Assembly: GCA_964427735.1 (NCBI GenBank)
Contig: CAYRUS010000001.1
Location: 226,173-290,172 of the forward strand
DNA: 64,000 bases
Source: an uncultured Gammaproteobacteria bacterium
GTDB taxonomy: Bacteria > Patescibacteriota > Microgenomatia > UBA8517
Direction of reading: 5' to 3'
Shown: piece after piece, positions 20,701 through 29,585 of the stretch
Layout: the number at the start of each line of letters is the position of its first letter
How positions within the stretch are numbered: the first letter of the stretch is position 1
Program-made: the position numbers and the translations under genes
Notes under the pieces: generated by a model
What the model was told of the DNA's origin: nothing
Database searches by the model: none
What the model saw: the letters and a program-made list of their open reading frames with translations, nothing else

Positions 20701-22419
20701 TTGAAAGTAGCCCTTAATCCACCTTGATCTTTGCCTTAACCAATTTTTTAGATTACTGTTTGCTTCTTCATAGGTTGTTGAATCAATAATTGCAGTTTTG
20801 TAACCTGCCTTAAACAATCTGACTCCTAAGTCACAGTCTTCTGTAACATTAAATGGATCCCATCCATGAAGCTTACTTAAGTTATCTTTTCTAAAATGGT
20901 TGCTTGTTCCTCCAAGGGGAATACTTGTTCCTATTGTCTGTAGTCCAGGTAAAATTAGATCAAACCACAAAGAGTACTCTGCGGTAAAAAGACGAGTTAG
21001 GAAATTGTATTTACTATTGTAATAATTTAGTTTTGATTGCAAACATACATAGTTTTTTGGGAGTTTTTTGAAGGCAAGATAAGCTTTTTTAAGCTGTAGA
21101 GGATCAGGCTTGTCCTCTGCATCATAAATTACTATGTACTCTCCTTTTGAATGGAATAAACCATAATTGCAGGCCTTTGGTTTTGTTTTTGGCTTTGAAT
21201 CAGGAACAATTAAAACTTTTATGTACTTAGGTAAATTTATTTTTTTTGCTGTATTGATTGTTTCTGTGTCATCTTCCTCTAAAAGTAAAAGTACATCGAG
21301 CTTGCCTTTAGGCCAATCCAAATTTTTAATTGCTTCTACAAAATGAGGAAGCACTGAAGCTTCTTTGTACAAAGGGCAAAGAATACTATAAACAGGAAGG
21401 TCTTTGTTTTTAACAGCTTTTAGTTCTTTGTCTGGTATCGAAATTTCTGGAGATTTCCCCAAGCTTGTGGTGAGAATTGCCGCTGAAAACGCTAAATCCA
21501 AAAAATAAATTAGTGTCATTACTGCAATAAAGACAATTATTAAAAGCTTCAAATTAAGCACTGCTCCAATAAGAGCAAGCACAAGTAATGTTAGGAAAAA
21601 TAGTTTTTGATTAATTGTAAAAGTTGTGATTGCTGATTTATCTACGGGTAAATCTGTATAAGTAACGAATTTTTTACCTTTGTAAAAAATAGTAGGAAAT
21701 TTTGCGTATTTATCGTATATTTTGTAAACTTTTGAAGGCTTAAATTTAAGAATTAATGAGTTTTTGGCAATTTCGTATGATGCACTTAAGATATTTATTT
21801 TTGAACTGCCCTTGTTTCTTTTAGTAAACTCAATATCAATTCCCACTATACTTTCACCCAAATCTAAGGCAGTTTTTAGTAAAGATAAATCTAATGTCCA
21901 AGGAGAAACATCTTCATCCTTAATTTGACTAATGATCTCTTTTTTGAAGACTTTCATTCCAGATTGAGTGTCTACTTTAAATCCGTGCAGCAGTCTTTCA
22001 AAAAAAAGTAGATGAAGCTTTGATAATATTTTCCTTTTTAAGTCAACATCTCTGTAGATTCTATTGCCTACTACAACACCATGCTTTTGTGATAGCTTTA
22101 GCATTTCAGGTAATTTTTCAGGCGGGTACTGAAGATCCCCATCTATCATTGCTATTTTGATATATTTAGCTTTTTTAACTCCTTCAATAATACTATAAGA
22201 TTTCCCCTGCTTTCCTTTTTTGGGTAATATTTTTATTGGTTTTCTACCTTTGTTTTTTTTAATTTCTTTTACTGTTTTGTCTGTTGAAGCATCATCTACA
22301 AAAATAATCTCATATTTGATTTTCGCTTTCCTCATGACCTCGGAAATACGTTTTATGAGATTTGCTATATTACCCTCTTCATTCCAAACAGGGACAATGA
22401 TGGACATTTCCTTCTTCAT
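17728..22419 (-). CDS. giant multidomain glycosyltransferase: GT2 + processive GT2 (QxxRW) + about 14-TM region + GT4
   Basis: 1563 aa. Residues about 1-230 are GT2 (IIVPVWNEEG...VDDASTD...DGDLQ). Residues about 330-620 are a second GT2 with DAED and QRSRWIKG (cellulose/chitin-synthase-like processive motif), followed by TM helices. A further polytopic block follows. Residues about 1180-1563 are GT4 (GGAEVY...GRLKPYKNID...FEGWGITVLEANACATPVV). Confidence 0.8.
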   Translation of the reverse strand: MKKEMSIIVPVWNEEGNIANLIKRISEVMRKAKIKYEIIFVDDASTDKTVKEIKKNKGRKPIKILPKKGKQGKSYSIIEGVKKAKYIKIAMIDGDLQYPPEKLPEMLKLSQKHGVVVGNRIYRDVDLKRKILSKLHLLFFERLLHGFKVDTQSGMKVFKKEIISQIKDEDVSPWTLDLSLLKTALDLGESIVGIDIEFTKRNKGSSKINILSASYEIAKNSLILKFKPSKVYKIYDKYAKFPTIFYKGKKFVTYTDLPVDKSAITTFTINQKLFFLTLLVLALIGAVLNLKLLIIVFIAVMTLIYFLDLAFSAAILTTSLGKSPEISIPDKELKAVKNKDLPVYSILCPLYKEASVLPHFVEAIKNLDWPKGKLDVLLLLEEDDTETINTAKKINLPKYIKVLIVPDSKPKTKPKACNYGLFHSKGEYIVIYDAEDKPDPLQLKKAYLAFKKLPKNYVCLQSKLNYYNSKYNFLTRLFTAEYSLWFDLILPGLQTIGTSIPLGGTSNHFRKDNLSKLHGWDPFNVTEDCDLGVRLFKAGYKTAIIDSTTYEEANSNLKNWLRQRSRWIKGYFQTYLVHMRNPVQFFKESGIHTILFQLIIGMRMVFIIINPIFWIATISYFVFYDYVGLQIESLFPPLVFYVAVVCLVFGNFLYFYSYMIGLAKRNEWNLVYHVFFIPFYWMMASVSAVIAFYQLIVKPHYWEKTIHGLHLKKGGPKSPQKKKISIQITQPQPKPRLNLLKQYVMKYSEKGSFLFLFGVTVFFNFANFFYNAYLGRNLDFDEFGTVSLMSNIFGIVGIVFVSLYTAISYKSGYIFGKVKLPIRCFLDNTKKRIVLYSFLITLSWLLINPYLFSYFKTADILPFLSFFPVFTVGFLLAANKGYLSGNIKFYTLGFVLLIEAVTKLIFTVIAIELDNTELIYVAIPASVVVAFILSELVIAKTRFVKTNKLSEKLLRFPTTFFSASLLTNISAVAFLSIDVVMAKHYLPSEEAGIYALLSLSGKIVFYLGTLFSQFFIPLISKREGEGLETISIFNKLLLASTASSLIGFVFIGWFGFYTVPILFGSKAYPILPYLIRFCIGMVAFTVSVGIVTYHLIKNDYSFAILSVGFSLVQVFAISNYHSSFVEIANIASGLAITQLLVVSLLHIVYSKSGSIIGNIEDLFGLFTNFNNTSTKEASSLKILVFNWRDIKHVWAGGAEVYIHNLAKNWVKEGHEVTIFCGSDQKSKRTEKIDGVKIIRRGGFYTVYLWAFLYYTIKFRGKFDIVIDCENGIPFFTPFYSRLPKILVLHHIHQDVHRQLLPFPLNRIAMFLEGKLIPIAYRKSTIITVSESTKKELKRIGLNHRENIHIIPPCVDIKVNGIKKTKYPSFIYLGRLKPYKNIDIAINAFSKIVAKYPEARLTIAGDGESREFIKELIMKNKLNEFVKLTGKVSEKRKINELSKSWVSIQPSTFEGWGITVLEANACATPVVASNVSGLKDSVVDGETGILFPLKNVDSLAQVMEDLIKNNKKRMELSRKAKKWAEGFSWEKNARDFLQIMQSEIRKDSNVVIDGLSLARENLFN

Positions 22420-22586
22420 ATTTGTAAAAATCCTGATTGAAGGCAGTAGAGGCAGTTTATTCGAGGATGTATAGTATTGTACTAGGAGATTTTTTGATTA
22501 TCAATTAGTAGTATTATATGAAACTACTATATCTAAATTCTGTATATGCTTCTGAATAAATTGATATACTATAATTACTAGGAGGT

Positions 22587-23312
22587 TTAAGCAGCTTTTT
22601 TTGCCCAAAATTTAGTAGCTTCAAATAATGACTCAAAAGTTCCTGCGTCAGACCAAAACCCTTTTAATTCTGACCAATAAAGTTTGTTTGCTTTCGCATA
22701 TTCAGTATTAAGATCAGAAACTTCTAATTCGCCACGCTTTGATGGCTTTAAATTTCTGATGTGATCAAAAACATTATTGTCATAAATATACAATCCTGTC
22801 TGAACATAATTACTCTTTGGCTTTTTGGGTTTTTCTTCTACCTTTAGAATTTTTTTGCCTGCTTTATCAAACACTGGAACTCCAAATCTTTGCAGCTTTT
22901 CTTTCTCCTTATATTTTTTTAGAAATACCAACGCACCTTCTTTAAAACGTTTTACAGCTTCCGATATATCGGCGTCTGTTGTGTTATCCCCAAGTATGAC
23001 TGTGATTGGATGACCATCTGCAAAATCTTCTGCTAAAGAAATCGCATTTGATATTCCTCCTTCTTTTTCTTGATAGGTATATTCCAAATGATTAATGCCT
23101 AACTGTTTACCTGTTTTAAGTACACGAATAAAATGCCCTGCATGGGGTCCACCTGTAACAATTAATATATCTTTAACACCTGCATCAACAAGAGTTTGAA
23201 TAGGATAAAAGATCATTGGCTTATCATAAATAGGAAGTAAATGTTTATTGGTAGCATGCGTTAGTGGATAAAGCCTTGACCCTAAACCGCCTGCAAGTAT
23301 TACACCTTTCAT
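22587..23312 (-). CDS. sugar-phosphate nucleotidyltransferase, glucose-1-phosphate thymidylyltransferase (RfbA)-like
   Basis: MKGVILAGGLGSRLYPLT...K..LPI is the RfbA/GalU N-terminal motif. The start is placed at ATG 23310-23312. Confidence 0.8.
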   Translation of the reverse strand: MKGVILAGGLGSRLYPLTHATNKHLLPIYDKPMIFYPIQTLVDAGVKDILIVTGGPHAGHFIRVLKTGKQLGINHLEYTYQEKEGGISNAISLAEDFADGHPITVILGDNTTDADISEAVKRFKEGALVFLKKYKEKEKLQRFGVPVFDKAGKKILKVEEKPKKPKSNYVQTGLYIYDNNVFDHIRNLKPSKRGELEVSDLNTEYAKANKLYWSELKGFWSDAGTFESLFEATKFWAKKAA

Positions 23313-23402
23313 TAGCAAATATATTATACAGGATTTTAATAAAGTGTTTATTGTACGACTACCTTTTAGGGAGTCTCCTTGCAAGGTCGTTGTAAAACAG
23401 TA

Positions 23403-23924
23403 TTAAGTGTGTTTATCAGCAACAGAAGATGCACCCCAGCTATCTGGCTTAATTTTAGCATTGTATCCACTACCATTTACCATCCCAACTACTTCTTTAA
23501 TCATTTTTGAAGTTAATCCATTCGGGCCTATATCAATGTGAATCTCAAAGGAATATTGCTCAGCAGAAATTACCTTTGTCATAAAAGGTACAATCATTTG
23601 TGCCAAGTCCAAAGACATTACAGTCTCTCTGTATATTTTATCTCTTAAAACTAAATTGTTTTCCACTTTGTCTTTTCGCAAAAAGTAAATTCCTCCGCCA
23701 CCCTTTCTATGAACAATAATCACAGATACAAAGTCAATTTCCGGTTTTCCACCTTTTCTTTTTGCTTGTGAATCCGTACCCAAGATAATGCTATATTCAG
23801 CATGTGGCTTGTCTTGAATAAATCCCCTTATTTTATCCACGACTTCACCTGCATGAAGCTTTCCGTAAGTTGGACTGTAAAACCACAGTTGAACTTTGTT
23901 TTTTGCTTTAATTACTTTTCCCAT
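23403..23924 (-). CDS. hypothetical protein, possibly RNase H-like fold (YkuK/DUF458-like)
   Basis: 173 aa. The SIILGTDSQ...VIIVHR pattern loosely recalls the DUF458 family. The assignment is from memory only. Confidence 0.3.
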   Translation of the reverse strand: MGKVIKAKNKVQLWFYSPTYGKLHAGEVVDKIRGFIQDKPHAEYSIILGTDSQAKRKGGKPEIDFVSVIIVHRKGGGGIYFLRKDKVENNLVLRDKIYRETVMSLDLAQMIVPFMTKVISAEQYSFEIHIDIGPNGLTSKMIKEVVGMVNGSGYNAKIKPDSWGASSVADKHT

Positions 23925-23966
23925 ATTCCAAATTATACGCGAATATTGAACCTAATTCAATGAATC

Positions 23967-24227
23967 CTAAGACCAGTAAAGTAGTGAGATAATAGAAACA
24001 ATACCAATAAGAGCAACCATAATATATTCAACAACTACAGATAAGTGTAAATCATCATGAATCAAGTGATGCCACACTCCCCAGGCAACATAAGCAATAC
24101 CTAGAAATACAATTATTATCTGCTGTACAGCTTCCTGCCAAGTAAAAAAGTAAAACAGTGCAAATCCAAAAACTAGAATTACAACTAATACTAAATAATG
24201 TGTAAAGTGTGATGTGTTGATTTTCAT
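23967..24227 (-). CDS. small membrane protein (2-3 TM), hypothetical
   Basis: 86 aa, hydrophobic, starting 1 nt after the stop of the upstream CAP-domain gene. Confidence 0.4.
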   Translation of the reverse strand: MKINTSHFTHYLVLVVILVFGFALFYFFTWQEAVQQIIIVFLGIAYVAWGVWHHLIHDDLHLSVVVEYIMVALIGIVSIISLLYWS

Positions 24228-25214
24228 TTACAAAATCTTGCCTGCTCTAAGTATCATTGCTACTATAAATAGTATACCTAAAAAGGAAATGTGAGCATAA
24301 GTACGCCCTCCAATTCTAGCCAATTTCCTTGCTCTCATAATATACATATCAAGCATAAGTACAACCAATAAAAGACCTAAAATAGATAATGAAACTCCTC
24401 TTGAGGTAGTAAATGGTGAAATTAATACTTCAGACTGACTCACTCCTGCAACTCCCGCATCATCTAAAGAAGATACAAAAACAGGCTGTACTGTAGGAGT
24501 GTTTAATGGTGTCGGTGTACTAGTAGCATGAACAATTGCTACAGGAACTTGTGTTGGCAATTGAGTTTCAACAGGAATTGGAGTTTCCGGTGTTAAAGTT
24601 GCAGTTGGTATTGATTCAGACTCTGGTACTTGGGCAACTGCTGCATTTAACTGAGTCCCGAAAAGTTGCACTATTATTGTAGTATCTACACCATTCATAT
24701 CTCCCTCAACTACAGCAACACCTATTTCTGTATATCTAGGGGAAAGCATATTTTCTTTATGAGTAATGGATGCCATCCAAGCATCAACTGCAGAGCCTGC
24801 ATTGGAAAAATCACGGGCTAGGTTTTCTCCGGCATACCTGTATTTGTATCCAACATCAGAAAAAAACTTCCATGGTTCAGTTCCATCAGGTGCAATATGT
24901 GCCCAATAATCATTGGCAAGCATATGTTCTCCTTTTGCTTTGGCTGCCTGTGCAAGATCGGGATTCATAGAAAGTGTAGATAAACCAGCTTCTGCTCTTT
25001 TTTTGTTTGTGAGTGTTACAACTTCTTCAACTGATATTTGGGAGGCATAACCTAATATATCTACTTCTGTTTTTGGCAGTATCAACAGAATCATTTGATA
25101 AACTATCAAGAGAGCCAATATCAAAACTAAAGCAATGTTATGGAGTAGTCTTGGTTTGTGATTGTTTGTATGATGAGGAATTACTAAGCTAAATAAATGT
25201 TGGGCAGCTTCCAT
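24228..25214 (-). CDS. CAP/SCP/PR-1 domain protein (YkwD-like), membrane anchored, with a Thr/Pro-rich linker
   Basis: The N-terminal TM helix is followed by a CAP domain (NKKRAEAGLSTL...HMLANDYWAHI...GENLAR...HKENMLSPRYTEIGVAV), then a PT-rich low-complexity linker and a C-terminal TM helix. Confidence 0.75.
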   Translation of the reverse strand: MEAAQHLFSLVIPHHTNNHKPRLLHNIALVLILALLIVYQMILLILPKTEVDILGYASQISVEEVVTLTNKKRAEAGLSTLSMNPDLAQAAKAKGEHMLANDYWAHIAPDGTEPWKFFSDVGYKYRYAGENLARDFSNAGSAVDAWMASITHKENMLSPRYTEIGVAVVEGDMNGVDTTIIVQLFGTQLNAAVAQVPESESIPTATLTPETPIPVETQLPTQVPVAIVHATSTPTPLNTPTVQPVFVSSLDDAGVAGVSQSEVLISPFTTSRGVSLSILGLLLVVLMLDMYIMRARKLARIGGRTYAHISFLGILFIVAMILRAGKIL

Positions 25215-25559
25215 GAGTATATAATACCCCTACTTTCTGACACAATCAATTCCTAATAGATTGTAAACCCAAAATATAAGTAAGAGTTAATACGAGAAAT
25301 AATTATGGAGATGAACAATATGAAGATAGTTACTCACCTGCTTTTTGCGTATGCAGGAGCAGGTGCTGGTTTCCTAAAAATACTAATAATAAGTCTAATG
25401 AGCATGGGCAATTTTGCAGCTCCATAATGACAGAGTGCTTCTCTAATGTCAAGCTCAATTTGCTTTTTTTGATTTCTGGAATTAAGTCTTTTTATCTTGT
25501 AAAATACTATAAGAGTTAATTACCCCAATTGCTGCTCGAATTGGTAATTTTAGAAAAAT

Positions 25560-26663
25560 ATGCAGTCTAGGCCTTTAAATAGAAACCTCCACAAAGCCAA
25601 CAAAGCAAAAAAGGATGAATTCTATACTCAACTCACAGATATAGAAAAAGAGCTCAGGCACTACAAAGACCAGTTTAAAGGTAAAGTGGTTTACTGCAAT
25701 TGTGATGATCCTTTTGAAAGCAATTTTTTCAAATATTTTGCATCTAGTTTCAATAGCTTGGGGCTAAAAAAATTAATAACAACAAGCTTCAGCGGCTCAC
25801 CAATAACTGGAAAACAGCTATCTCTTCTGGACATGGAAGGACTAAAGCCAGAGGGCAAGCAGCCTTTTAAGATTGTAATAACAGAAGTACCAGACAAAAA
25901 TGCAGATGGTGCAGTTGATATTGCAGATGTGGAATGGCTTTTAAAACACGACGGCAATACCTCAACTCCACTAAAAGAAAATGGAGACTTTAGGAGTGAA
26001 GAATGCATTGAGCTTTTAAAAGAATCAGATATTGTTGTCACCAACCCACCTTTTAGCTTATTTCGCGAATATGTAGCACAGCTGGTCGAGTATGATAAAA
26101 AGTTTTTGATAATTGGAAATTTGAATTCGATTACTTATAAAGAAATATTTAAGTTAATTAAAAACAATCAATTATGGCTTGGGTATAATAACGGACATAA
26201 AGTTTACATGGTTCCAGATGATTATGAACAAAAAAATATTTTTATTGGTGAGGATGGGAAAAAATATGCAAAGATGGGAAATACCGGTTGGTTTACAAAT
26301 CTTGATGTCAGTAAAAGACATGAAATTCTTACGCTGTATAAGAAATATAGTCCAGAAGAGTATCCCAAGTATGCAAATTATGATGCAATAGAAGTATCTA
26401 AAGTGTCAGATATCCCAATGGATTATGAGGGAGAAATGGGAGTACCTGTAACATTCTTGGAAAAATATAATCCAGACCAATTCGAGATTATCGGTTCAAG
26501 TAGTAATTTATCAAATCCAATAAAAACTCCAAAAGGATTAGTTTATCGATATACAGACCGTAATGGGTATGTCCGACAGGCAGCAAATGAGCGTTTTGCT
26601 TTACCAGATGGCGATACATGGAGACGAATTTATGACCGGATTGTGATTAAAAAAATAAAATAA
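25560..26663 (+). CDS. N6-adenine DNA methyltransferase, EcoRI-methylase-like family
   Basis: The catalytic motif IV VVTNPPF is present. The N-terminal KDEFYTQ...VVYCNCDDPFESNFFKYF resembles the EcoRI-methylase family N-terminus as I recall it. No cognate restriction endonuclease gene was recognised nearby. Confidence 0.65.
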   Translation: MQSRPLNRNLHKANKAKKDEFYTQLTDIEKELRHYKDQFKGKVVYCNCDDPFESNFFKYFASSFNSLGLKKLITTSFSGSPITGKQLSLLDMEGLKPEGKQPFKIVITEVPDKNADGAVDIADVEWLLKHDGNTSTPLKENGDFRSEECIELLKESDIVVTNPPFSLFREYVAQLVEYDKKFLIIGNLNSITYKEIFKLIKNNQLWLGYNNGHKVYMVPDDYEQKNIFIGEDGKKYAKMGNTGWFTNLDVSKRHEILTLYKKYSPEEYPKYANYDAIEVSKVSDIPMDYEGEMGVPVTFLEKYNPDQFEIIGSSSNLSNPIKTPKGLVYRYTDRNGYVRQAANERFALPDGDTWRRIYDRIVIKKIK

Positions 26664-26736
26664 GGTATAGGATTATTAATCAGACACAAAAAAGTCAACG
26701 GAGTTAAAGCATGAAGATAAGTACAAAAGTAAATTT

Positions 26737-29520
26737 ATGAACGAAAACACAGGAACAGTAAGTCCACTATTAAAGAACTTTTTTGAAAACTTCTTGTCTA
26801 CAGAACTAGAAAAAGAAGATATCTCTGACGAATATTTAACTCTTTTGAAAATATTATGGCTTAGTTTTGACGAGATTATTACAAAAACTAAAATTACAAG
26901 GCGTATTTATACACTACAACTTATTGAAAAATATCTTATTAATAGCGAGTACCGCAAATCCGTCGATGAAACAGAATTGCCGAAAACTGACGTTTTTCTT
27001 GAGTCTCAGGGTTCTGACACACCTAAAATTAAACTAAAGAAAATCAATATTGTAAATTTCCGAGGATTTAGAGCAAACTCCGATGGTACTGGAAGAAAAA
27101 TCTTTTTCAACGATAAAGCAAGCTTATTTTTTGCACCTAATGGCGGAGGTAAAAGTAGTCTTTGTGAAGCTTTAGAATGGACACTTACCGGTGATACTTC
27201 AGAGCATGTGCAACGTAGCACCGAATCGACAGACACTTATTTTCAAAATAGGGATATTGGTGAACCCAGCTATAAGAAAACTAAAATTGATATGCATGAA
27301 GGGTTCAATCCTGACATCCCTAACATTGCTTTTGATAGATGCTTTTTAGAGAAAAATAGAATCGAAAAGTTTGCCAAGATTGCTACGCAAAAAGGTGTTG
27401 AAGTTCAAAATATACTGGGTGAATTATTTGGGCTTACAGAGATCGTAGATTTTTTCAAAGAGTTTGGACAAGACTTATTTCCCACACCTAATGAAAAAGG
27501 TGAAAGAGAAAATTGGCAGACTTGGCTAGATTGGGAGGTAAAAAAGCGTGAATTGGAAAAGGGTTTAGAAGAGTCAAAAAGAGAAGAAATGACAGCTTTT
27601 GAGGAATTTAACAGACTTCTTGATAACAAAAAATACGATGATAAGAAAAAAGAGATAGAAGAAGAAATTAAGAAACTAAAAAATGAACTAGAGTCTTTAA
27701 GCGTGGATAATAGTACTGAGTTTTCAAGCGAAGATTTTTTGAAGATCGTTGATGAATTTCTTTATAAATTAAAACAGTGGAAAGAATGTAAGAATGAAAT
27801 TGAAAAAAATGCAGCCAATCTGAATTTCGAAAGCTTGTATCAGACTGCAAGTAAGATTTTTCAAAACAATCAAAACATAAGTGAATGTCCTCTCTGTGAT
27901 ACACCAATTACACAGAATGGCGGTCTACTTTCAAAGCATAAATGTGTAGTTACCGATCCTAGAGATAAAACCAAGTCAGAGCTAAAAAAATTGGAAGCCT
28001 TAACTGCATTGAAAAGCAAAAAATCAAACACCGAGTCCGATATTAGAAACCATTTCGCAAAATTTAAAGATGAGTGGACAAAAGTTCACTCAAACTTAAA
28101 AGATGAAAATTGGTCCGTTATATCAAATAATGTCTCTAATCCTGAAATACCAAATATCAATACACAAAGTATCGACTCACTTGTATATGATGACTTTGAG
28201 GCATTTGTTGATAGTTGCGAAAAAGCGTTAAATCAAGACTTCTCTCAAATAAAAGAGGTGGAAAAAATCATCTCTTCATATAAGCACAAAAGGCAAGAGT
28301 TAAAGTCAAGGAAGCAAGAACAAAACGAAAAAATTAACAAACTAAGTGAAACTCTCGATAATCTCGAAACAGCATATGAAACTTACTCGAATAAGAAAGC
28401 TATATGCGAGAAAGGCAATGTGAGATTGGAAAAGTTAAAAAAACAATCTAGAAACTCGGGTGTTTTTAAGAAACTGCTAGACGAGTACACTAAGCTATAT
28501 GCCTCACTTCATGACTTTCTTACATCCGCCATACTGACAGAAGCAAAAGATATTGACAGCTTAGTGACTGGTTTTTATCGTGCACTAAACCTTCACGACC
28601 ACGATGGTGAGATTGTTAAAGTTATAAAATTTCCAAAGAAAATTCAGGATGATTTTTGTCTCATTTATAAGAAGGACGAAGAAAGCATATGTAATGCGTT
28701 GCAGGTATTAAGTGAGGGACATTTAAAAACCCTCGGATTGGCAGCTTTACTTGCAAGAGCAGCTAGATTAAATACTTCGTTACTTGTTTTTGATGATGCT
28801 ATAAACGCAATAGATTCAGATCACAGGGACAACATAGCTCACCTTCTTACTGGAAGGTTTGGGGATGATCAGGGTGTGTTGGCCTTTGGAAACAAATGGA
28901 GGCAGATAAAAGATTACTTGGGCAATTGCCAATTTATTATTACCTCCCATGACCGTTTCTTTGACGAAAAGATCGCTAACCTTTTCGAAAAAGACAACCA
29001 AACAAGATATGTTCTTTATTGCAGTCAGAATGGAATCGATTTTTGCGAAAGAGGCACCCCGGCAAATTTTGAGAAGAAAATAGAGGACTACCTAAATCCA
29101 GCTACTCAAGATATTCGATCCGCAATATTTTACTGTCGTATTTGGCTAGAAGATATTCTCTTTAACATTGCAATTCATTTTAGAAAACCGGGTAATAATA
29201 AGCGGATTGAGTTCGAGAACATCATGGATAGGAGAACTAAATCTTTGAAAAACCCAGAATTAATTGTGCTTCTGGATAAGTTGGTATCTAATTTAAACAA
29301 CAAGGATGCATCAGACGAATATAAACAAATTGCCAGTATATTGGAACAAATTAAACAGGAAAATGATGGGAAATATGTTTGGTTCTTTGAAATATTAAAC
29401 CAAGAGAGCCATTATCGAAGGTTTGACCACGTAGATGTCTCAAATGCACCTACAAGCAAAGAGGTAGAGACTATTTTCGAGAATATTCAAAAGATACATA
29501 AGTTGTATTCAGGAATATAA
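26737..29520 (+). CDS. Rad50/SbcC/RloC-like ABC-type ATPase with long coiled-coil, CxxC hook-like motif and an unknown C-terminal domain
   Basis: 927 aa. Walker A FAPNGGGKSS (about residue 135), coiled-coil-rich middle with CPLC (about residue 385), signature-like LSEGHLKTLGLAALLA, Walker B LLVFDDA, H-loop ITSHD, then a 170-aa C-terminal extension. Confidence 0.7.
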   Translation: MNENTGTVSPLLKNFFENFLSTELEKEDISDEYLTLLKILWLSFDEIITKTKITRRIYTLQLIEKYLINSEYRKSVDETELPKTDVFLESQGSDTPKIKLKKINIVNFRGFRANSDGTGRKIFFNDKASLFFAPNGGGKSSLCEALEWTLTGDTSEHVQRSTESTDTYFQNRDIGEPSYKKTKIDMHEGFNPDIPNIAFDRCFLEKNRIEKFAKIATQKGVEVQNILGELFGLTEIVDFFKEFGQDLFPTPNEKGERENWQTWLDWEVKKRELEKGLEESKREEMTAFEEFNRLLDNKKYDDKKKEIEEEIKKLKNELESLSVDNSTEFSSEDFLKIVDEFLYKLKQWKECKNEIEKNAANLNFESLYQTASKIFQNNQNISECPLCDTPITQNGGLLSKHKCVVTDPRDKTKSELKKLEALTALKSKKSNTESDIRNHFAKFKDEWTKVHSNLKDENWSVISNNVSNPEIPNINTQSIDSLVYDDFEAFVDSCEKALNQDFSQIKEVEKIISSYKHKRQELKSRKQEQNEKINKLSETLDNLETAYETYSNKKAICEKGNVRLEKLKKQSRNSGVFKKLLDEYTKLYASLHDFLTSAILTEAKDIDSLVTGFYRALNLHDHDGEIVKVIKFPKKIQDDFCLIYKKDEESICNALQVLSEGHLKTLGLAALLARAARLNTSLLVFDDAINAIDSDHRDNIAHLLTGRFGDDQGVLAFGNKWRQIKDYLGNCQFIITSHDRFFDEKIANLFEKDNQTRYVLYCSQNGIDFCERGTPANFEKKIEDYLNPATQDIRSAIFYCRIWLEDILFNIAIHFRKPGNNKRIEFENIMDRRTKSLKNPELIVLLDKLVSNLNNKDASDEYKQIASILEQIKQENDGKYVWFFEILNQESHYRRFDHVDVSNAPTSKEVETIFENIQKIHKLYSGI

Positions 29521-29585
29521 TCCACTGTGAAGAATCAACTTCATACTGTTAGCAAAATTATAAAATCTCCTTTAAGGTAATTAAG

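Noticed and set aside
25305-25427. 40-aa hydrophobic peptide ORF (MEMNNMKIVTHLLFAYAGAGAGFLKILIISLMSMGNFAAP) in the divergent intergenic region
   Set aside because: No RBS and no conservation evidence. It is probably the promoter region for the CAP-domain and MTase genes, and I left it unannotated.
25560-29520. Reading the MTase plus large ATPase as a classical type I or type III R-M system
   Set aside because: No HsdS-like specificity subunit, no Res helicase motifs (DEAH), and no PD-(D/E)xK endonuclease were seen. The ATPase is ABC/Rad50-like, not SF2.
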